DNA from: Candidatus Vampirococcus lugosii
GTDB taxonomy: Bacteria > Patescibacteriota > Gracilibacteria > Absconditabacterales > Absconditicoccaceae
Assembly (NCBI RefSeq): GCF_018420025.1
Contig: NZ_JAEDAM010000007.1
Span: 1 to 24,935 of the forward strand
Reading direction: 5' to 3'
Length of the DNA: 24,935 nt
The stretch's first letter is position 1. Every line of letters begins with the position of its first letter. This document shows, one piece after another, positions 21,721 through 24,935 of the stretch. The notes beneath the pieces are model-generated. The model did not search any database. It was not told the origin of the DNA and saw only the letters and a list, made by a program, of their open reading frames with translations. The position numbers and the translations under genes were made by a program.

Positions 21721-21832
21721 AGTTTTTTTAATATATTTAAGTTGATAAATTCTTGTTTTTGATTATAAATTGATTATACATATATATGAAATATATTCAA
21801 GATAAAATTTATAATAATTAATTTATAAAAAT

Positions 21833-22756
21833 ATGATACATTTACATTGACATAGTCATTATAGTTTATTGGAAGCTGTTGGTAATCCTTCAAAAATAGT
21901 AAATAAAGCAAAAGAATTAAATATGGAAAGTATTGCTATTACTGATTATTATGGTATGTATTGAATAATTGAATTTTATCAAATAGCAAAAAAATCTTGA
22001 ATTAAACCTGTAATTTGAGTTGAAATAAATTTTACGGAAGATTTTGATAGATCATGAAGTGATTGATTTACTAGTTTAGTTTTGTTAGCAAAAAATAATG
22101 AATGATATCAAAATTTAATGAAATTAGTGAGCTATGCAAATATTAATTGATTTATAAATACACCTAGTGTAGATTTGAAATGAATAAAAAAATATAATGA
22201 ATGATTGATAGCTTTTTTTGGTTGAGAAGAGTCACAAATATGAAAAATGATTTTAAATAATGAAAATGATGATTTTATCAAAGATAAAATAAAATATTGG
22301 AAAGATATATTTGGAAATGATAATTTTTTGTTGGAAATAATTGCTCAAGATGAATCAAAAAATAAATATCTAAAAATTGTAAATAATAAAATTGTTGAAA
22401 TAGCAAATATTACAAATACTAAAATGATAGTAAATAATAATTTTTGTTATATAGAAAAATCTGATAAAGATGCATATGAAGCATTAATTAGTATTAAAGA
22501 TTCAAAAGCATATCAAGCTTGAAATATAAAATGAGATTTTCATATAATGTCAAAAGAAGAAATTGAAAATATTTTACAAAAAAATTGATATACTGATGAA
22601 ATTATTAAAAATTTAATAAATAATAATATACAAATATCTCAAAATTTAAATGTAGAAATGGATTTATGAAAAATTCTTTTTCCAAATTATGAATCTGATG
22701 ATAATATAAAAGATTTATATGAATCATTAAAAGATATTTTAGTAGAAAAAAATTAA
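21833..22756 (+). CDS. dnaE: DNA polymerase III alpha subunit (DnaE) N-terminal PHP-domain fragment, 307 aa; truncated or split
   Basis: MIHLHGHSHYSLLEAVG, IAITDYYGMYGIIEFYQ, GIKPVIGVEI, LVLLAKNNEGYQNLMKLVS, EGLIAFFGGEES, NFLLEIIAQ, NNNFCYIEKSDKDAYEAL, FHIMSKEEIENI, ISQNLNVEMDLGKILFPNY. It ends at TAA 22754-22756, where full-length DnaE (over 1000 aa) would continue into the palm domain. Confidence 0.85.
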
Positions 22757-23697
22757 TATTTTAATCAATCGTATAATCACTTAAAAACAGATTTTATAGT
22801 ATACCGTTTTTTTTCTTTTACAAAAAATAATATAAGAAATAAAAACCATATAGTCTGAATTCATAATCAAAATATATAAAAAATTATTTTTGATATAAAG
22901 TTAGCATTTTGTTTAATTAACATAATTCTATTTCTAGATTTTTGATATGCCATATTAGGTTCTCATATAAATGATTTTTCTGCTTTATTTTTTGGTCTTT
23001 CCATATGATATATTTTTAGTTCATTTGAAACATATATTTTATATCAAGCATTGCTTAATGTCCAAGTAAAATTAAGGTCTTCATAAACAAAATTGAAATA
23101 TTCATCAAAAGGATGTTTTTTAAAAATTTCAGTCTTTGCAAAAATTGAATTTCATCATATCATTTTAACTTTTTTAAATTTTTTATTTTTATTGTAATTT
23201 AAAACTACTTTCCCAAAAAATGGATTTAAAGATTTAATTCCTTGTGATTGAATTATTCAGGTTTTTCTATACATAACTGTTGGACAGAGAATATTTTTTT
23301 CAAATTTTGTTTTATTTATTTCTGTTTTATTATTTAAATATTTATATTCAGATAAAGTTTTTTTAAAAAAGTCTTTTTCAAAAACATTATCATCATCTAT
23401 GATATATAAATACTCAGTTTTAACTAATCCAATACCAAAATTTCTTACATAGCTTACTCAATTATTTGGACAGAAATTATAATTAATATTTGAAACTAAT
23501 TCTATTCTTCAAAAAATATTATTATCTATATTTTTACTTAAAAAATATTTGGAAACATTAAATTCATCTTTTGATAAGAATTTATCAATAATTATATAAA
23601 CTTTTTGAGCTAAAATATCTTGTTTGGAAATACTTTCTATTATATCTTGTAATTTTGATATATTTCATCTTGATGGAATAACTACTGAAAAATTCAT
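22753..23697 (-). CDS. Family 2 (GT-A) glycosyltransferase with C-terminal TM helix, 314 aa
   Basis: MNFSVVIPSRGN..., NNGVSYVRNFGIGLVKTEYLYIIDDDNVF (DxD), FNFVYEDLNFTWTL, TM tail IIFYIFGLGIQTIWFLFLILFF. I verified the 3' tail codon by codon. Its stop (complement of 22753-22755) overlaps the dnaE-fragment stop by 2 nt (4 nt of overlap between the two annotated CDS ranges). Confidence 0.8.
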
Positions 23698-23793
23698 TTT
23701 TTATAAATGATTATATATATAATATTGAATATATATTTAATGATTTATTATTTATTTTCAAGTTTATTTTATATTTACAGATTTTTTATTTTC

Positions 23794-23842
23794 AAAAAAA
23801 AAATTACTCAAAATAACAATTTTTGTTGTTATCTAGAGTAAT
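23794..23842 (-). terminator. Rho-independent terminator after the upstream minus-strand gene
   Basis: On the minus strand: ATTACTC..ATAACAA-loop-TTGTTAT..GAGTAAT nested stems, followed by T10 (plus-strand A-run 23794-23803). Confidence 0.55.
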
Positions 23843-23851
23843 TAAATATAT

Positions 23852-24935
23852 TTAATAATTACTTCTTACATTAAACATAGTTTGTAAATTTATTTGATAC
23901 TTTTTCAATGTGTCAGAATTTACTCTTCATGCCCAAGCTCATCAATAAAGTTTAGCTTCAATATTTAATTTTATATATGGATTTATTTGAGTTCAGTCTT
24001 CATTCCAAGATAAATTTGGATTCTTGCTTGGATATATTGCCAAGTTCCAATCAGTTATTGTAATTTCATTTGAAAATATATTTACCCAACCATCATCTTT
24101 ATCATCTGGTAATTTATAATCAGAATATGCTCATCAAACAGAATCACCACTACATTTGAATCATAAACCATAATCGCATGCCCAAGTATCTATTTGTCAA
24201 TCATACATTCAAGGAGAATTTAGATCAAAATCATGTTTTTTACCAGCATCAAATCATCTTAATCTCAACATTTGAAGTGTATACAATTTATTTGTATCAT
24301 CATCTATACTTCATGAATTATTCCGATCACCAGTACCTACCAAAGCTCTTCTTATCAAAATTCTCTGGTCTCATGCCTTATTTTTTAGATATATTTCTTG
24401 AACATTTTTATTTTTAAATAGAGAATCAGGTCAATGTCATAAATCCAAATCATCATCATCTCATACTGCTCATCATGTACCACTTACATTATCTCATACA
24501 TCCATAAATTGTCTAGCATATTGTCAATAAGATTGAGGTTTTCATACTAAATCAGTATCATTCCAACATCAATTTCGATCTTCTATACCATCACTAGACG
24601 ACCACTCACTTAAATCATCTTTCTTTCATCTGTAAATTTTATTAGGATCTGGAACTGTAGTATTAATACTACTACAATGATATAGTTGCCAATTATTTCA
24701 ATCAACTCAAGTTTGCCAATTTTTATTTCCGTAAGCAGTAAAATTATCACAATATCATTCACTATTAACTCAATTTGGTGATCAAGTCCAAACAAAACTA
24801 TCTCATCATCATCATCATCAACTACATCATACGATAGATCTATTGAAATATTCTTCATAATCTATAGTAAAATCTGATACTACAGCATTTAATCTCTCTA
24901 GCATAAAATATGTATTTTCAGTAAGAGTTTGTCTA
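23852..24935 (-). CDS. Hypothetical secreted Gly/Cys/Trp/Asp-rich protein, C-terminal 361 codons (5' end outside the window)
   Basis: 361 consecutive codons without TAA/TAG in a very AT-rich sequence, ending at TAA (complement of 23852-23854). Contains about 35 in-frame TGA, including a (TGA)6 run, and seven Cys. No family recognised. Confidence 0.7.

Noticed and set aside
22650-22900. Split-intein or programmed frameshift continuation of dnaE
   Set aside because: No intein-like Cys/Ser-initiated block follows the fragment, and no DnaE-like sequence appears in any frame after 22756. The region encodes the verified tail of the convergent GT2 gene.
24610-24858. Track ORF of 82 aa with a poly-Asp run
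   Set aside because: It is a wrong frame of the 361-codon ORF. The real frame reads the same repeat as (TGA)6 = Gly6 and stays open across the whole region.
1-24935. Idea that the window is mostly non-coding or heavily pseudogenised, because the standard-code track has only ~22 short ORFs
   Set aside because: Reading TGA as sense restores long, motif-complete genes covering most of the window, all ending in TAA/TAG. Random decay would not spare TAA/TAG in DNA this AT-rich.
1-24935. TGA = Trp (code 4, Mollicutes-like), suggested by the low GC content and DUF285 repeats
   Set aside because: TGA falls on invariant Gly residues (GSGKT, GSGTT, GDNR, GTDGKS, DGNKR), while conserved Trp positions use TGG.
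1-24935. Mobile element or prophage content around the R-M/Doc island
   Set aside because: I recognised no transposase, integrase, recombinase or terminal inverted repeats. The only tRNA (14467-14550) is not adjacent to the island.

Overview
Very AT-rich bacterial fragment that only makes sense under genetic code 25 (TGA = Gly; Gracilibacteria/BD1-5 or Absconditabacteria/SR1). The supplied standard-code ORF track is therefore largely misleading. Under code 25, hand translation gives about 28 tightly packed genes ending only in TAA or TAG. TGA falls on invariant glycines: the Res P-loop GSGKT, the Mod FxGSGTT motif, the MurE GTxGKS motif, the Doc DGNKR motif, and LepB GDNR. Gene order: (i) a type III R-M locus, mod - HTH protein - Fic/Doc toxin - res (1-5685). 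(ii) A DUF285/BspA-like repeat surface protein (5807-6691, minus). (iii) A four-gene operon: TelA-like, SPFH+SHOCT (YdjI-like), small AdoMetDC, zinc-ribbon/DUF4178-like (6903-10043). (iv) A minus-strand housekeeping and envelope block: Hsp20, a membrane protein, an ABC-2 permease, CNNM/CorC, LepB, SSB, then (after tRNA-Leu(CAA) on the plus strand) an HD hydrolase, DUF58, MurE, HU, an ECF-type sigma factor and a coiled-coil membrane protein. (v) A secreted hypothetical protein, a YidD-Fmt fusion ORF, a tiny membrane protein, a DnaE fragment stopping after the PHP domain, a GT2 glycosyltransferase, and the C-terminal 361 codons of a Gly/Cys/Trp-rich secreted protein. I saw no CRISPR array, rRNA, transposase or integrase. 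All calls come from manual translation and remembered family motifs; no database search was run.
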